From positions 3,640 to 67,639 of the forward strand of contig JALGZK010000010.1 in NCBI GenBank assembly GCA_025774935.1: a DNA stretch of 64,000 nucleotides. Reading direction: 5' to 3'. Below the pieces are notes generated by a model. The model saw only the letters and a program-made list of their open reading frames with translations. It was not told the origin of the DNA and made no database searches. A program made the position numbers and the translations under genes. This DNA is from a bacterium (GTDB taxonomy: Bacteria; Joyebacterota; Joyebacteria; Joyebacterales; Joyebacteraceae). Below are positions 47,489 to 57,430 of this stretch, piece by piece (the first letter of the stretch is position 1; every line of letters begins with the position of its first letter).

Positions 47489-47572
47489 GCCCCCTCCTTC
47501 ACGTCCCCTCGGCACCGTCCGGGCCACTCTCGGGACGACGCCCGTCACCGTCCACCGCCCGACGTCGGACCG

Positions 47573-48946
47573 CTACGCGTCCTCTTCCAGCCATCGCTCG
47601 GCGTAGTCGGGCTCGAGCCGCACGAGATCGAAGAGCGTCGCGATCAGCTCACCCTCTTTCCCCGCGCGCTGCGGGTTTATGAACTCCCAGACGATCTCGC
47701 CGTCGGGCGCCGCCTCGAACGCCCTGCCGCTCCCGGACTCGACGATGAGCGTGTTGCCGTTCGGGAGCCTCTGGCACGAGCCGGCCTTCCGCGAGTAGAA
47801 CGGGATCTCGTCGCTTCCCCGGTACGACCAGAGCTTCCGCTGCGTCAGAGGGTCGAACTCGAGCACCTCGGACACCTGGAAGTCCGCGACGTTGTTGAAG
47901 ACGAGCACGCTCCCTTCCGGAAGGAGCACCGGCTCGTGCTGCTGGATCCACCGTCCGGACATCGCCCAGACGAACAGCTCCTTCTCGAGGTCGAGCACGG
48001 CTATCGTGTCGAGGTTCCGGAGCGACGTCAGGATATTCCCCTCCGCGAACGCCGGAACCACGTCGGCGAACTTGCCGTCGAGCACCTGGATCGTGTTCCC
48101 GTGCATGATGTCGCCGGACTCCCGCCCTCCCCGGAAGAGCGGCGCGAACTCGGAGCGCAAGAGGGCGTCGAGCATCGAGACCCTCCTCCGCTCCGCGCCG
48201 TCGGTGTCGAGGATCACGATGAAGTTCTCGAAGACCTGGTCCCTCTCGTTCAGCTCGGGGACTAGCCTCGTCTCGTTCTCGAGGACGTAGACCATCCCGT
48301 CGTCGGTGACCCAGAGGTCGTTGAAGCAGCTCCCGGGGTAGGCCCACAGCAGGTTCGAGTCCCGGTCGAGCTTGACGAGACCGTGCCACTGGAAGATCGC
48401 GTAGATGTTGCCGTCCGCATCGACGTGCGCGCGCCGCCAGCACTTGGTGTTCGGATCGTCGTCGGGAAGATCGTTGTCGGGCCAGACGGTGTCGTACTCG
48501 ATCGACCACCGGTGGAGCACCTGACCGTCCATGTCCATCAGAGTGGCCTCGGGCGCGTGGCCGGAGACAACGAGGTTGAATCCCGCGTTCGCTCTCGCCG
48601 GGTCGTGAGCCGTGACGCCCGCGTACACGCCCGCAAGCTTCGAGCCCTGGAGATACGGGAGCGACATGAGCTGGTCGATCTCCGCCTTCTGCTCCTCGGT
48701 GAGCCTGAGCTCTCCCCACGGCGTCCTGCTCTGACCCGAGCTCGTGTCCGCCGCGTTGCACGCGCGCTGCACCGCGACGTGACGGACCGACCTGTAGGCC
48801 CGCCTCACCAGTTCGTACGGGAAGACCTGATACGTCGCGGCCGCAAATCCCCAGACGAATGCGCCACCCACGAGCACGACGGTGACGATCAGGCGGAGCG
48901 CGTTCACACGCTTCCCGCCCCTCGCGTTGATACCCTCACGTACCAT
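47573..48946 (-). CDS. Arylsulfotransferase (ASST)-like beta-propeller protein, signal-anchored
   Basis: 457 aa; N-terminal TM (LRLIVTVVLVGGAFVWGFAAA); body resembles ASST-family propeller proteins; family assignment tentative. Confidence 0.5.
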   Translation of the reverse strand: MVREGINARGGKRVNALRLIVTVVLVGGAFVWGFAAATYQVFPYELVRRAYRSVRHVAVQRACNAADTSSGQSRTPWGELRLTEEQKAEIDQLMSLPYLQGSKLAGVYAGVTAHDPARANAGFNLVVSGHAPEATLMDMDGQVLHRWSIEYDTVWPDNDLPDDDPNTKCWRRAHVDADGNIYAIFQWHGLVKLDRDSNLLWAYPGSCFNDLWVTDDGMVYVLENETRLVPELNERDQVFENFIVILDTDGAERRRVSMLDALLRSEFAPLFRGGRESGDIMHGNTIQVLDGKFADVVPAFAEGNILTSLRNLDTIAVLDLEKELFVWAMSGRWIQQHEPVLLPEGSVLVFNNVADFQVSEVLEFDPLTQRKLWSYRGSDEIPFYSRKAGSCQRLPNGNTLIVESGSGRAFEAAPDGEIVWEFINPQRAGKEGELIATLFDLVRLEPDYAERWLEEDA

Positions 48947-48997
48947 GGCAGCCTCCGTAAGCCGGCTGATGCAAGCGCAAGCTGTCGGACTACCCGG

Positions 48998-49861
48998 CTA
49001 CCATATGGAGAAACGGATGAAGTTCTTCGGGTTCGCGCGGATCTCCGCCACGAGGTCCCTGACCTCCTTGACGGCCGCCGTGAACTCGTTGTACGCAGTG
49101 TCGTCCGTGACGACCTTGCCCAGCGTTCCCTCCCCCGCCTCGATGCGGGTCACCAGTGAATCGAGCGTCGCCGAGATCGTTGCGAGTTCGGCGGAGACCT
49201 CCGCGAATCTCTCCGAGGCCTCCCCGACCGAGTCGATCGCGTCGCCCGCGTCGTCTGTCTTCGCCTCGACGAACGCACGGAGGTCGGCGGCCATCGCCCT
49301 GATGTCGGCGACCGCTACCTTGAGGTCGATCGTGGCGTCCCGCGCGTTCGTGATGGTCTCCTTGATCTGATCGCGCCCCTCCATGTCGGAGAGGACCTCG
49401 TCCGCCGCCCTCATGACGCCGCGGATCTCCGTGAGAGCCTCGCCCATCTCGCTCACGACGTCGCCGAGCGCCTTTTCGTACTCGCCGTCCACCCTCGAGC
49501 CCGCCTCGATGTAGGCGTCACTCGTGCCTGGCCTGACGGCGATGATCTTCGCCCCGATGAGGCCGTAGCTCGCCACGCTGATTCGGGAGTCGTCGGGGAT
49601 CCTGATGTCCGGGTCGATCTCCACCGCGACGACGACCTCGTTGCCCTCCAGGTCGAGCGAGATGACCTCGCCCGCGGCGAGTCCCGCCACCGTGACCTTG
49701 TCGCCCGGAACGAGCCCGGCGACCTCGGGAAAGACGATGCTCAGCTCGTACCGCTCGTCCCCGAACTGGACATCGCTCAGCCAGAGGATGCCGAAGACGA
49801 GCGCCGCACCCGCGATGGTGAGTGTGATCCCGACCCTCAGCTCGCTCCCGTGCTCGGTCAT
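48998..49861 (-). CDS. mlaD: MCE-family protein MlaD (ABC transporter periplasmic component)
   Basis: 287 aa; N-terminal TM then MCE domain (YELSIVFPEVAGLVPGDKVTVAGLAAGEV). Confidence 0.8.
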   Translation of the reverse strand: MTEHGSELRVGITLTIAGAALVFGILWLSDVQFGDERYELSIVFPEVAGLVPGDKVTVAGLAAGEVISLDLEGNEVVVAVEIDPDIRIPDDSRISVASYGLIGAKIIAVRPGTSDAYIEAGSRVDGEYEKALGDVVSEMGEALTEIRGVMRAADEVLSDMEGRDQIKETITNARDATIDLKVAVADIRAMAADLRAFVEAKTDDAGDAIDSVGEASERFAEVSAELATISATLDSLVTRIEAGEGTLGKVVTDDTAYNEFTAAVKEVRDLVAEIRANPKNFIRFSIW

Positions 49862-49915
49862 CGCGTTCTCCCTTTCGTCGTCGTGTCAGGCGCGGACGGG
49901 CAGGCCGTCCTCGTG

Positions 49916-50713
49916 CTAGAAGAGCCCGTACCGGTCGCAGCTCGGATCCGCTTCACGTTCTCCGGGAAGCGGCCGTCGTCCTCTCGCGATGAACGTCCTC
50001 ACTGCCTCGTTCTCGGTCTTCGTGAGCTCGTCGGTCGTCCCCTCGAATGCGATCCTGCCTTCGTCCATGAGCGCGACCCTGTCGCCCGTGAAGCAGGCGC
50101 TGTGGAGGTCGTGAGTCACCACGATCGAGGTCGCGTTGAGCTTCCCCTGAGTGCTCCGGATGAGCTCGTTGATCTGCTCGGCCATGACGGGATCGAGCCC
50201 CGTCGTCGGCTCGTCGTAGAGGATGACATCCGGGTCGAGCGCGATCGCACGGGCCAGCGCGACCCGCTTCTTCATGCCGCCCGAGAGCTCAGACGGCCAG
50301 AGGTGCGCGGTCCCGGCGAGGCCGACCATCTCGAGCTTCTCCTCCACGAGCCGGTCGAGCTCGGAGCCACCGGTGCGGTGGTGCTCCACGAGCGGTAGGC
50401 CGACGTTCGCGCCGACCGTCATCGAGTCGAAGAGCGCGGCGCCCTGGAAGACCATCCCGAAGCGCATCCGGAGCTCGTTGAGCTCGCCGCGATCGAGGCC
50501 CGTGACCTCTCTGCCCTCGACGACGATCGAGCCGCCGTCCGGCTTCATCAGCCCGATGATGTGCTTGAGGAGCACGCTCTTCCCGCATCCGGAAGGCCCG
50601 AGGACGACCATCGTCTCGCCGTCCCTGACCGCGAGGTCGACCCCGCGGAGGACCTCGTTGTCCCCGAACGCCTTGAAGAGCCCCCTTATGTCGATGATCG
50701 CTCTGCCGGTCAC
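49916..50713 (-). CDS. mlaF: ABC transporter ATP-binding protein MlaF
   Basis: Walker A GPSGCGKS, signature LSGGMKKRVALARA, Walker B ILYDEPTTGLD. Confidence 0.85.
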   Translation of the reverse strand: MTGRAIIDIRGLFKAFGDNEVLRGVDLAVRDGETMVVLGPSGCGKSVLLKHIIGLMKPDGGSIVVEGREVTGLDRGELNELRMRFGMVFQGAALFDSMTVGANVGLPLVEHHRTGGSELDRLVEEKLEMVGLAGTAHLWPSELSGGMKKRVALARAIALDPDVILYDEPTTGLDPVMAEQINELIRSTQGKLNATSIVVTHDLHSACFTGDRVALMDEGRIAFEGTTDELTKTENEAVRTFIARGRRPLPGEREADPSCDRYGLF

Positions 50714-50770
50714 TCGGTCTTCCTTCCCGGGAGCGCGTCCCCGGGCCGCGGACCGAAGGCCCGCGCGTGC

Positions 50771-51607
50771 TCACGCCTCTCCGAAGATCACCTTGAAGAG
50801 GAGGGTCGCGAGCACGTAGTCGCCTATGAGAATGAGGACGCAGCTCGCAACTACGGCCCGCGTCGCTGCGCGGCCGACGCCGACGGCGCCTCCGTGCGTC
50901 CTGAGCCCCGCCGTGCATCCCATGATCGCGATGATCCCGCCGAACACGAACGCCTTGAACAGGCCGCCGAGGACGTCGTGGGGGAAGAAGAAGAGCTTCA
51001 TCCCCTCGACGAACGTCTTCGCCGACACGTCGAGCGAGAGGTTCGAGACGATGAACCCGCCGCTGATGGCGAGCACGTCCGCGAAAATCGTGAGGACCGG
51101 GAGCATGATGAGCGCCGCCACGACCCTCGGCATCACCAGGTAGCGGACCGGATCGATCGCCATCGCGTCCATCGCGTCGATTTGCTCGGTGACCCTCATC
51201 GTCCCGAGCTCCGCCGCGATCGACGCGCTGACCCTGCCACCGACGACGAGCGCCGTCAGTACCGGACCGAGCTCGATCGAGACCGACTTGTAGATCGCGA
51301 CCCCGAGGTAGATCTTCGGAACGAACTCCTTGAGCTGGTACGCCGCCTGGACGGCCGTGACCGCGCCGGTGAAGATCGACGTGATCATCACCAGGGGCAG
51401 CGACTCGACACCGATCCGCCGCATCTGCACTACGATCAGATGGAACGATCGGCCGAGCTTCCGGAGCGACAGGAAGGCACGCCACAGGAGGAGTCCGGCA
51501 GCTCCGACCTCGGTCACCAGATCGAGCGCGCCTCCTCCGAAGGTGCGGAGCAGACCGCTCCCGAACCCGCCCTGGTTCCGTCGCGAGGTGACGCTAGAGC
51601 TCGTCAA
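50771..51607 (-). CDS. mlaE: ABC transporter permease MlaE
   Basis: 278 aa polytopic permease with MlaE-type conserved region (SLPLVMITSIFTGAVTAVQAAYQL). Confidence 0.85.
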   Translation of the reverse strand: MTSSSVTSRRNQGGFGSGLLRTFGGGALDLVTEVGAAGLLLWRAFLSLRKLGRSFHLIVVQMRRIGVESLPLVMITSIFTGAVTAVQAAYQLKEFVPKIYLGVAIYKSVSIELGPVLTALVVGGRVSASIAAELGTMRVTEQIDAMDAMAIDPVRYLVMPRVVAALIMLPVLTIFADVLAISGGFIVSNLSLDVSAKTFVEGMKLFFFPHDVLGGLFKAFVFGGIIAIMGCTAGLRTHGGAVGVGRAATRAVVASCVLILIGDYVLATLLFKVIFGEA

Positions 51608-52988
51608 CGAAACTCTCCTCGGGCCTGTGAGAGAGGTTCTCGAACCTCGTGCACTCCGAGAGGAACGCGAGCTTCACCGTTCCCGTGGGACCGTTCCGCT
51701 GCTTCCCGACGATGACCTCCGCGAGTCCCATGTTCTCCGGCGAGCGTTCGTAGACCTCCTGACGATAGATGAACGCGACGACGTCGGCGTCCTGCTCGAT
51801 AGCGCCCGACTCACGGAGGTCTGAGAGGATCGGACGCCTGTCTCCGCCGCGCGACTCGACGGCCCGCGAGAGCTGTGAGAGCGCCATGACCGGAACCTCG
51901 AGCTCCTTCGCCAGGGCCTTGAGCGAACGCGAGATCTCCGAGATCTCCTGCTGCCGGTTCTCCTGTCGCCCCAGTCCGTGCATGAGCTGGAGATAGTCGA
52001 CGATGACGAGCCCGATGTCCGACTCGGCCTTGAGCCTCCGGGCCTTCGAGCGCATCTCCAGGACGGTCATGGCGGGCGTGTCGTCGATGTAGATCGAGGA
52101 CTCCGAGAGGAGCCCGGCCGCCGTCGTCAGGCTCGACCAGTGCTTGTCCGCGAGATACCCGGTCCTCAGCTTGTGCGCGTCGACGCGCGCCTCCGAACAG
52201 AGCATCCTCTGGACGAGCTGCTCCTTCCCCATCTCGAGGCTGAAGATCGCGACCGGCAGCCCCGCCTTGATCGACGCGTGCGACGCGACATTCAGCGCGA
52301 AGGCCGTCTTCCCCATCGAGGGCCGGCCGGCAATGATGACGAGGTCCGACTTCTGGAACCCGGACGTCATCTGGTCTAGCTCGTTGAACCCGGTCGGTAC
52401 GCCGGTGATGTGCTGCTTCTTGTCGTAGAGCTCCTGGATGACCTCGAAGCTGTGCTTGAGGATCTCGCGCATCGGGACGAAGTCGCGTCTGACCCTCGAC
52501 TGCGCGATCTCGAAGATCATGTGCTCCGCGCGGTCCAGGATGTCGCTCGCCTCGCCGCCGGCGTCGAAGGCCTCCTGCACGACCTCGGTCGCGACGTTGA
52601 TGAGTCTCCTGAGCACGGACTTCTCAAGGACGATCTTCGCATGGTGGCGGACGTTCGCGGTCGTCGCCACGCTCCCGAGAACCTGCGAGAGGTAGGCCGC
52701 CCCGCCGACGTCGTCGAGCTCCTTCCGCTTCTTGAGCTCCTGCGTCACGGTGACCAGATCGACCGCCTCGTCCCGCGCGAAGAGCGTCATGATCGCGCTG
52801 AAGATCTTCCGGTGCGCGCCCCTGTAGAACGAGCTCTCGTCGAGGACCTCCGTCACCACCCCGCACGCGCCCTTGTCGAGGAGCATCGCCCCGAGCACCG
52901 CGACCTCCGCGTCGACCGCCTGCGGCGGAACGCGGTCGACGGCGGTCGCCGTCCTCTCCGTCGTTGCTGTCTTCTCCAGTGTTGCCAT
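51594..52988 (-). CDS. dnaB: Replicative DNA helicase DnaB
   Basis: ORF 51594..53024; start at ATG 52988 (MATLEKT) with GGAGG upstream; DnaB N-terminal domain (PQAVDAEVAVLGAMLL), Walker A GRPSMGKTAF, Walker B VIVDYLQLM. Confidence 0.9.
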   Translation of the reverse strand: MATLEKTATTERTATAVDRVPPQAVDAEVAVLGAMLLDKGACGVVTEVLDESSFYRGAHRKIFSAIMTLFARDEAVDLVTVTQELKKRKELDDVGGAAYLSQVLGSVATTANVRHHAKIVLEKSVLRRLINVATEVVQEAFDAGGEASDILDRAEHMIFEIAQSRVRRDFVPMREILKHSFEVIQELYDKKQHITGVPTGFNELDQMTSGFQKSDLVIIAGRPSMGKTAFALNVASHASIKAGLPVAIFSLEMGKEQLVQRMLCSEARVDAHKLRTGYLADKHWSSLTTAAGLLSESSIYIDDTPAMTVLEMRSKARRLKAESDIGLVIVDYLQLMHGLGRQENRQQEISEISRSLKALAKELEVPVMALSQLSRAVESRGGDRRPILSDLRESGAIEQDADVVAFIYRQEVYERSPENMGLAEVIVGKQRNGPTGTVKLAFLSECTRFENLSHRPEESFVDEL

Positions 52989-53049
52989 TCTGTCCTCCAC
53001 GTCGCACACCTCCCCGCCCCTCACCGATGTAATGGCGTCTCAGACGCCG

Positions 53050-53277
53050 CTAGCCCCCGTCGTCCGATCCCCGATCGTCCGTTCCTTCTTCCTCTCTGCG
53101 CTTCCTCTTCGACCCCTCGAAGGCCGCGCCGAGGCACAGGCCCACTCCGATCCCGATGGCGAGCCACGCGGGGTTGTCGGTCGCGGCCATGAGCGATATC
53201 CCAACGGCCGGGCCGAAGATGAGCCCGAACGCGATCCCGTTGACCTCCCGCTTCCTCTTGTCGCCGGATGCAGACAT
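53050..53277 (-). CDS. Small membrane protein (hypothetical)
   Basis: ORF 53050..53304; internal ATG with GGAGAGG upstream; two hydrophobic helices flanked by Lys/Arg-rich ends. Confidence 0.4.
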   Translation of the reverse strand: MSASGDKRKREVNGIAFGLIFGPAVGISLMAATDNPAWLAIGIGVGLCLGAAFEGSKRKRREEEGTDDRGSDDGG

Positions 53278-53356
53278 GCGATCCCTCTCCGTCGCGGCCG
53301 TCACTCATGTCGCCGTGCGCGCCCGCCACGAGCCCGGCACGGATCGCCCTTGCCGC

Positions 53357-53824
53357 CTACGCCATCGTCGCGAGATCGTCGAGGAGCATCTTCTTCGAGT
53401 CCGCGTCGTCGACGGACTCCGCCGCCTTCCTCGCTTCCTCGAGGTACTCCTGCTTCTTCTCCGCGTTCCCGGCGATCCACTCAGCGCGCGCCAGCGCCTC
53501 GTATGCGTAGCCGACGAAGAACGGGCCGACGTCGTCGGCATCGCTCGCTTCCAGGCAGAGCCTCCCGTAGTGCCGGGCGGGGTCGGCGAGTCCGAGCGCC
53601 GCGTAGACGCGCGAGACCTGCCAGTACCCGACCGACATCTGCTGTGCGCCGCAGTCGTCGCGCTGCGTCCAGTGCCACATCGACGCCAGCGCGGTCCGGA
53701 TCATGTCCTGATCCTCCTCGGGCGTCCGGTCGGCCTTGTCGAGAAGCTCCCACGTCTTGTTGAAGCACTGCGCCGAGAAGTACTTGTGAGCTGCACTGAG
53801 GTCGAACTCAGGTCCCTGTGCCAT
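53357..53824 (-). CDS. Hypothetical protein
   Basis: 155-aa ORF with balanced, protein-like composition; no recognised motif. Confidence 0.5.
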   Translation of the reverse strand: MAQGPEFDLSAAHKYFSAQCFNKTWELLDKADRTPEEDQDMIRTALASMWHWTQRDDCGAQQMSVGYWQVSRVYAALGLADPARHYGRLCLEASDADDVGPFFVGYAYEALARAEWIAGNAEKKQEYLEEARKAAESVDDADSKKMLLDDLATMA

Positions 53825-53869
53825 CGTGCTGTCCTCCGCGCGCCGGCGCGGGGTCGTCCAGGTGTCTGC

Positions 53870-54943
53870 CTACTTCCGCTCGTACTCCCTCTTGATGAGG
53901 AGGAAGTCGTCCCATATCGGCCGCTTGTACTTCGGGTCGCGGAGCGCGGCCGCAGGGTGGTATGTGGGGATCACCCTGAGGTCTCGCGACCGGTAGAGCT
54001 TGCCGCGCATGCTTCCCATCGACCCGCGGATGCCGAGGAGCGTCTGAGTCGCCGGAAGACCGAGCGTACAGATGATCCTCGGCTTGATGAACCCGACCTG
54101 CTTCGCGAGGTACGGGATGCACGCTTCGATCTCGCTGGTCAGGGGCGTCCGGTTGTTCGGTGGCCTGCACTTGATGATGTTCGCGATGTAGACGTCGTCC
54201 CGCCCGATGCCTGCCGCGTCGAGGATCTTGTTGAGGAGCTGCCCGGCCCTGCCTACGAACGGAATGCCCTGGATGTCCTCGTCGCGCCCTGGCGCCTCGC
54301 CGATGAACATGAGCTTCGCCGAGACGTCCCCGACGCCGAAGACGACGCTGTTGCGGCCGGCCGCGAGCTCGCAGTTCTCGCACTTCGACGCGACCTTCTC
54401 GACGTCGTCCAGGCTCGCGCACGTCTCGAGAGGCGACGCTCCCTTGAACATGTCGGGCGCCCCGCCCGCCGTGGTGAACGCGAGCGTCACGTCGACGATC
54501 TCCGGCGCTGGCACGTCGTCCGCGGGCGGCTGCTTCGCGGTCTTGCGCGCGGCCGTCTGGGTGGCGGTCGCACCGGCCGCGGTCTTCCGGGGCCCCGCGT
54601 TCCCGGCCCCGGTGCTGCGGGGTCCCGCGTTTCGGGGCGCGGCCTTTCGGGGCTCGGCCGCACGCGGCTTCCCGGAACCGCCCGGCCGATCGGGGCTCAC
54701 TGCGCGGAGCCCTTCCTTGAGGGCCGCTCCGCGTTCACGCCGTGACGGCACCCCTGCGGGCGGTGAGACCGCTTCGGCCCCCGCTTCCGCGGCGACGCCG
54801 TCGTCTGCGGCGCCGAGTCCGTCTCGCAGCGCGCGGGCGGCCTCCTCGGAGACGTAAATCTCCCGCTCGCCTCTCTCGGCGAGCTGCCCGAGGTAGCGCG
54901 CCAGGAGGAGGCGCGCTCTGTCCCTGGCGTCACTCCGTCCCAT
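53870..54943 (-). CDS. Uracil-DNA glycosylase, family 4 (with low-complexity N-terminal extension)
   Basis: C-terminal ~200 aa carry family-4 UDG motifs (LMFIGEAPGRDEDIQGIPFVGRAGQLL, IANIIKCRPPNNRTP, HPAAALR); possible Fe-S Cys (CENCELAAGR). Confidence 0.8.
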   Translation of the reverse strand: MGRSDARDRARLLLARYLGQLAERGEREIYVSEEAARALRDGLGAADDGVAAEAGAEAVSPPAGVPSRRERGAALKEGLRAVSPDRPGGSGKPRAAEPRKAAPRNAGPRSTGAGNAGPRKTAAGATATQTAARKTAKQPPADDVPAPEIVDVTLAFTTAGGAPDMFKGASPLETCASLDDVEKVASKCENCELAAGRNSVVFGVGDVSAKLMFIGEAPGRDEDIQGIPFVGRAGQLLNKILDAAGIGRDDVYIANIIKCRPPNNRTPLTSEIEACIPYLAKQVGFIKPRIICTLGLPATQTLLGIRGSMGSMRGKLYRSRDLRVIPTYHPAAALRDPKYKRPIWDDFLLIKREYERK

Positions 54944-56195
54944 CGCCGCCCCACTCGAGCTCGGCGATGGTCCTCGTGAGGACGAGGTCCGCGAGCTCTC
55001 TCTTCGGGACTTTCCCGACGCTCTCCTCGAACCCCGAGCGCCCGATGATCGTCGCCACGTTCGTGTCCGACTCGAACGCGGCGCCGTCGACCGTCGGGTC
55101 GTTCGCCACGATGAGGTCCAGTTCCTTCTTCGCGAGCTTGTCCTTCGCGTTCGCGATGAGGTCCTCGGTCTCGACGGCGAACCCGACGACCCCCTGACCC
55201 TCGCGCCTGTGCTCCTTGACGCCCATCAGGATGTCGTCGGTGCGAACGAGCTCGATCGTCAGCCGGTCCCACGACTTCTTGATCTTCTTGTCGGCGACCT
55301 CAGCAGGTCGGTAGTCCGCGGGGGCGGCGGCCATGACGAGGAGGTCGAGCTCCGGGAGCTCGGCCATGACCGCGTCCTTCATCTCTTCGGTCGTCACCAC
55401 TGGAACGAGTCGTACGCCCGCGGGCGCCTCGAGGGACGTCCGTCCCGAGACCAGCACGACGTCGGCCCCCCGTCTCGCAGCTCGCTCGGCGACGGCGTAC
55501 CCCATCTTCCCGCTCGACCGGTTCCCGATGTGCCGGATCGGGTCGAGCGGCTCCTCCGTCGGACCCGCAGTCACGACGACGCGCCTTCCGGCGAGGTCCT
55601 GCGAAGGGAGGAGAAGCCTCTTCACCTCTTCCACGATCTGGTCGGGGTCGGCCAGCCTGCCGCGGCCAACCGCGCCGCTCGCCAGGCGCCCGACCTCCGG
55701 CTCGATGACGATGACGCCCCGGGTCTTGAGCTTCTCGACGTTCTCGCCGACGGCGTCGGACTCCATCATGTTGACGTTCATCGCGGGCGCGACGATGACG
55801 GGACACGTCATCGCCATGAGCTCGGTCGACAGGAAGTCGTCCGCGATCCCTCCCGCCATCTTCCCGATCACGTTCGCGGTCGCGGGAGCGACGAGCGCCA
55901 GGTCGGCCGCCTCGGCGAGGTGGACGTGCTGGAGGTGATCGTCCCGGGCGAGCGCCTCCTCGGGGCTCGAGACGCCCTCCTTGCCCTCCGACCACATGTC
56001 GACAATGACCTCGGTGCCCGTCAGCGTCTCGAATGTGAGCGGCGTGACGAAACGCGTCGCGTTCTCGGTCATGACAACGACGACGTCGGCGCCCATCGCA
56101 ACGAGGCGCGTCACGATCGACGGCGCCTTGAACGCTGCGATGCTGCCGGTCACGCCCAGCACGATCTTCCTGTCAGCGAGCGGCCTCGACATCAC
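54930..56195 (-). CDS. coaBC: Bifunctional phosphopantothenoylcysteine decarboxylase / phosphopantothenate--cysteine ligase
   Basis: 421 aa; flavoprotein N-terminal domain (KIVLGVTGSIAAFKA) and CoaB C-terminal domain (VVVTAGPTEEPLDPIRHIGNRSSGKMG). Confidence 0.9.
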   Translation of the reverse strand: MMSRPLADRKIVLGVTGSIAAFKAPSIVTRLVAMGADVVVVMTENATRFVTPLTFETLTGTEVIVDMWSEGKEGVSSPEEALARDDHLQHVHLAEAADLALVAPATANVIGKMAGGIADDFLSTELMAMTCPVIVAPAMNVNMMESDAVGENVEKLKTRGVIVIEPEVGRLASGAVGRGRLADPDQIVEEVKRLLLPSQDLAGRRVVVTAGPTEEPLDPIRHIGNRSSGKMGYAVAERAARRGADVVLVSGRTSLEAPAGVRLVPVVTTEEMKDAVMAELPELDLLVMAAAPADYRPAEVADKKIKKSWDRLTIELVRTDDILMGVKEHRREGQGVVGFAVETEDLIANAKDKLAKKELDLIVANDPTVDGAAFESDTNVATIIGRSGFEESVGKVPKRELADLVLTRTIAELEWGGDGTE

Positions 56196-56226
56196 TCCCG
56201 TCCTGCTCCCGCCGGTCCGTTCCCTG

Positions 56227-56457
56227 CTACTCCTCCGCCGCTTCCTCTTCCTCTTCTTCCTCGACTTCCTCGATCTCGTAGTCGACCTTGCCCTGCGTGA
56301 TGAGCTTGAGGGCGAGCGAGGTCACCTTCGCCTTCGGGTCCTCGCGGTCGACCGGCTCCATGCTGTGGAGCCGTCGGGCGACCTTCGCAGCGAGCATCGC
56401 CCCGAGGTACTCGTTCTTTGCGTGCTTCAGGAGCTTCCTCTTCTCCAGCTGTTCCAT
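56227..56457 (-). CDS. rpoZ: DNA-directed RNA polymerase subunit omega
   Basis: ORF 56227..56481; internal ATG (MEQLEKRKLLKHAKNEYLGAMLAAKVARRL) with GGAG upstream; acidic C-terminal tail; conserved position between gmk and coaBC. Confidence 0.75.
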   Translation of the reverse strand: MEQLEKRKLLKHAKNEYLGAMLAAKVARRLHSMEPVDREDPKAKVTSLALKLITQGKVDYEIEEVEEEEEEEAAEE

Positions 56458-56496
56458 GGATTCACTCCGTCCTGGGTTCACCGCTTCGGATGCTGA

Positions 56497-57084
56497 CTAG
56501 TCGAGCCTGACTCGTGACGTCCGCAGCCGCTCGGCGACTACGATCGCCTTCGCCTCGCGCACCGCCTCGTCGAGGACGTCGTTCACCACAACGTAGTCGT
56601 AGCGCTGCGCCCACTTCAGTTCGTCGAGGCTGTTCGTGAGCCTCGTCTGAATCGCCTCCTCGTCGTCGGTGGCCCTCCGGCGCAGCCGCTCTTCGAGCGC
56701 CGCGGGCGACGGTGGGAGCACGAAGATCAGGACGCTCTCAGGGTAGAGCTCCTTGATCGACATCCCTCCCTGGACGTCGACGTCCATCACGACGTCGCGT
56801 CCGCCGGCCACCGTCTCCTGAATGAACTTCTTCCTCGTTCCGTACCTGTGGCCGTGGACGACTGCCCATTCGGCGAGCTCGTTCATCATGACGAGCGCGT
56901 CGAACGTCACATCCTGCACGAACTCGTAGTCCCTCCGATCCTCCTCCCCCGGACGCACCGGCCTCGTCGTCACGGAGACGGAGTAGGCCGTCTCAGGGTC
57001 CTCGGCGAGGAGTCCCTGGCAGATCGACGTCTTCCCGACACCGGACGGCCCCGATATGACTATGGGGAATGCGGAACGCTCCAC
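56497..57084 (-). CDS. gmk: Guanylate kinase
   Basis: P-loop ISGPSGVGKTS; YSVSVTTRPVRPGEEDRRDYEFV matches the GMP-binding region. Confidence 0.9.
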   Translation of the reverse strand: MERSAFPIVISGPSGVGKTSICQGLLAEDPETAYSVSVTTRPVRPGEEDRRDYEFVQDVTFDALVMMNELAEWAVVHGHRYGTRKKFIQETVAGGRDVVMDVDVQGGMSIKELYPESVLIFVLPPSPAALEERLRRRATDDEEAIQTRLTNSLDELKWAQRYDYVVVNDVLDEAVREAKAIVVAERLRTSRVRLD

Positions 57085-57121
57085 GTTCTACTCCCGCGGC
57101 GCGGGTCCGAGTGCCGGCGCG

Positions 57122-57382
57122 CTAGGCGTCGGCGTGCTCGTCCCTGCCCTCGAGCCTCTGCGTGATGGTCTCGGCGGCGACGGCCGACAGGATCACGTGA
57201 TCGCTGTCGGTCACGATGACGGCGCGCGTCCGCCGCCCCTGCGTCGCGTCGACCAGCTTGCCGGCCTCTTTGGCGTTGTCCTTCAGGCGCTTGACGGGCG
57301 CCGATCCGGGCGTGACGATCGCGACGACGCGATGCGACGCGACGACGTTCCCGAATCCTATGTTGAGAAGGACGCCGTTCAT
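57122..57382 (-). CDS. DUF370 / RemA-like small regulatory protein
   Basis: 86 aa; [29 protein letters not shown]...[25 protein letters not shown] closely matches the RemA/YlzA (DUF370) family; conserved position between yicC and gmk. Confidence 0.75.
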   Translation of the reverse strand: MNGVLLNIGFGNVVASHRVVAIVTPGSAPVKRLKDNAKEAGKLVDATQGRRTRAVIVTDSDHVILSAVAAETITQRLEGRDEHADA

Positions 57383-57430
57383 CCCGGACCTCCCGTTTCG
57401 GACGCCGCGCCCTCGGGCGCGTGTCCGCGA

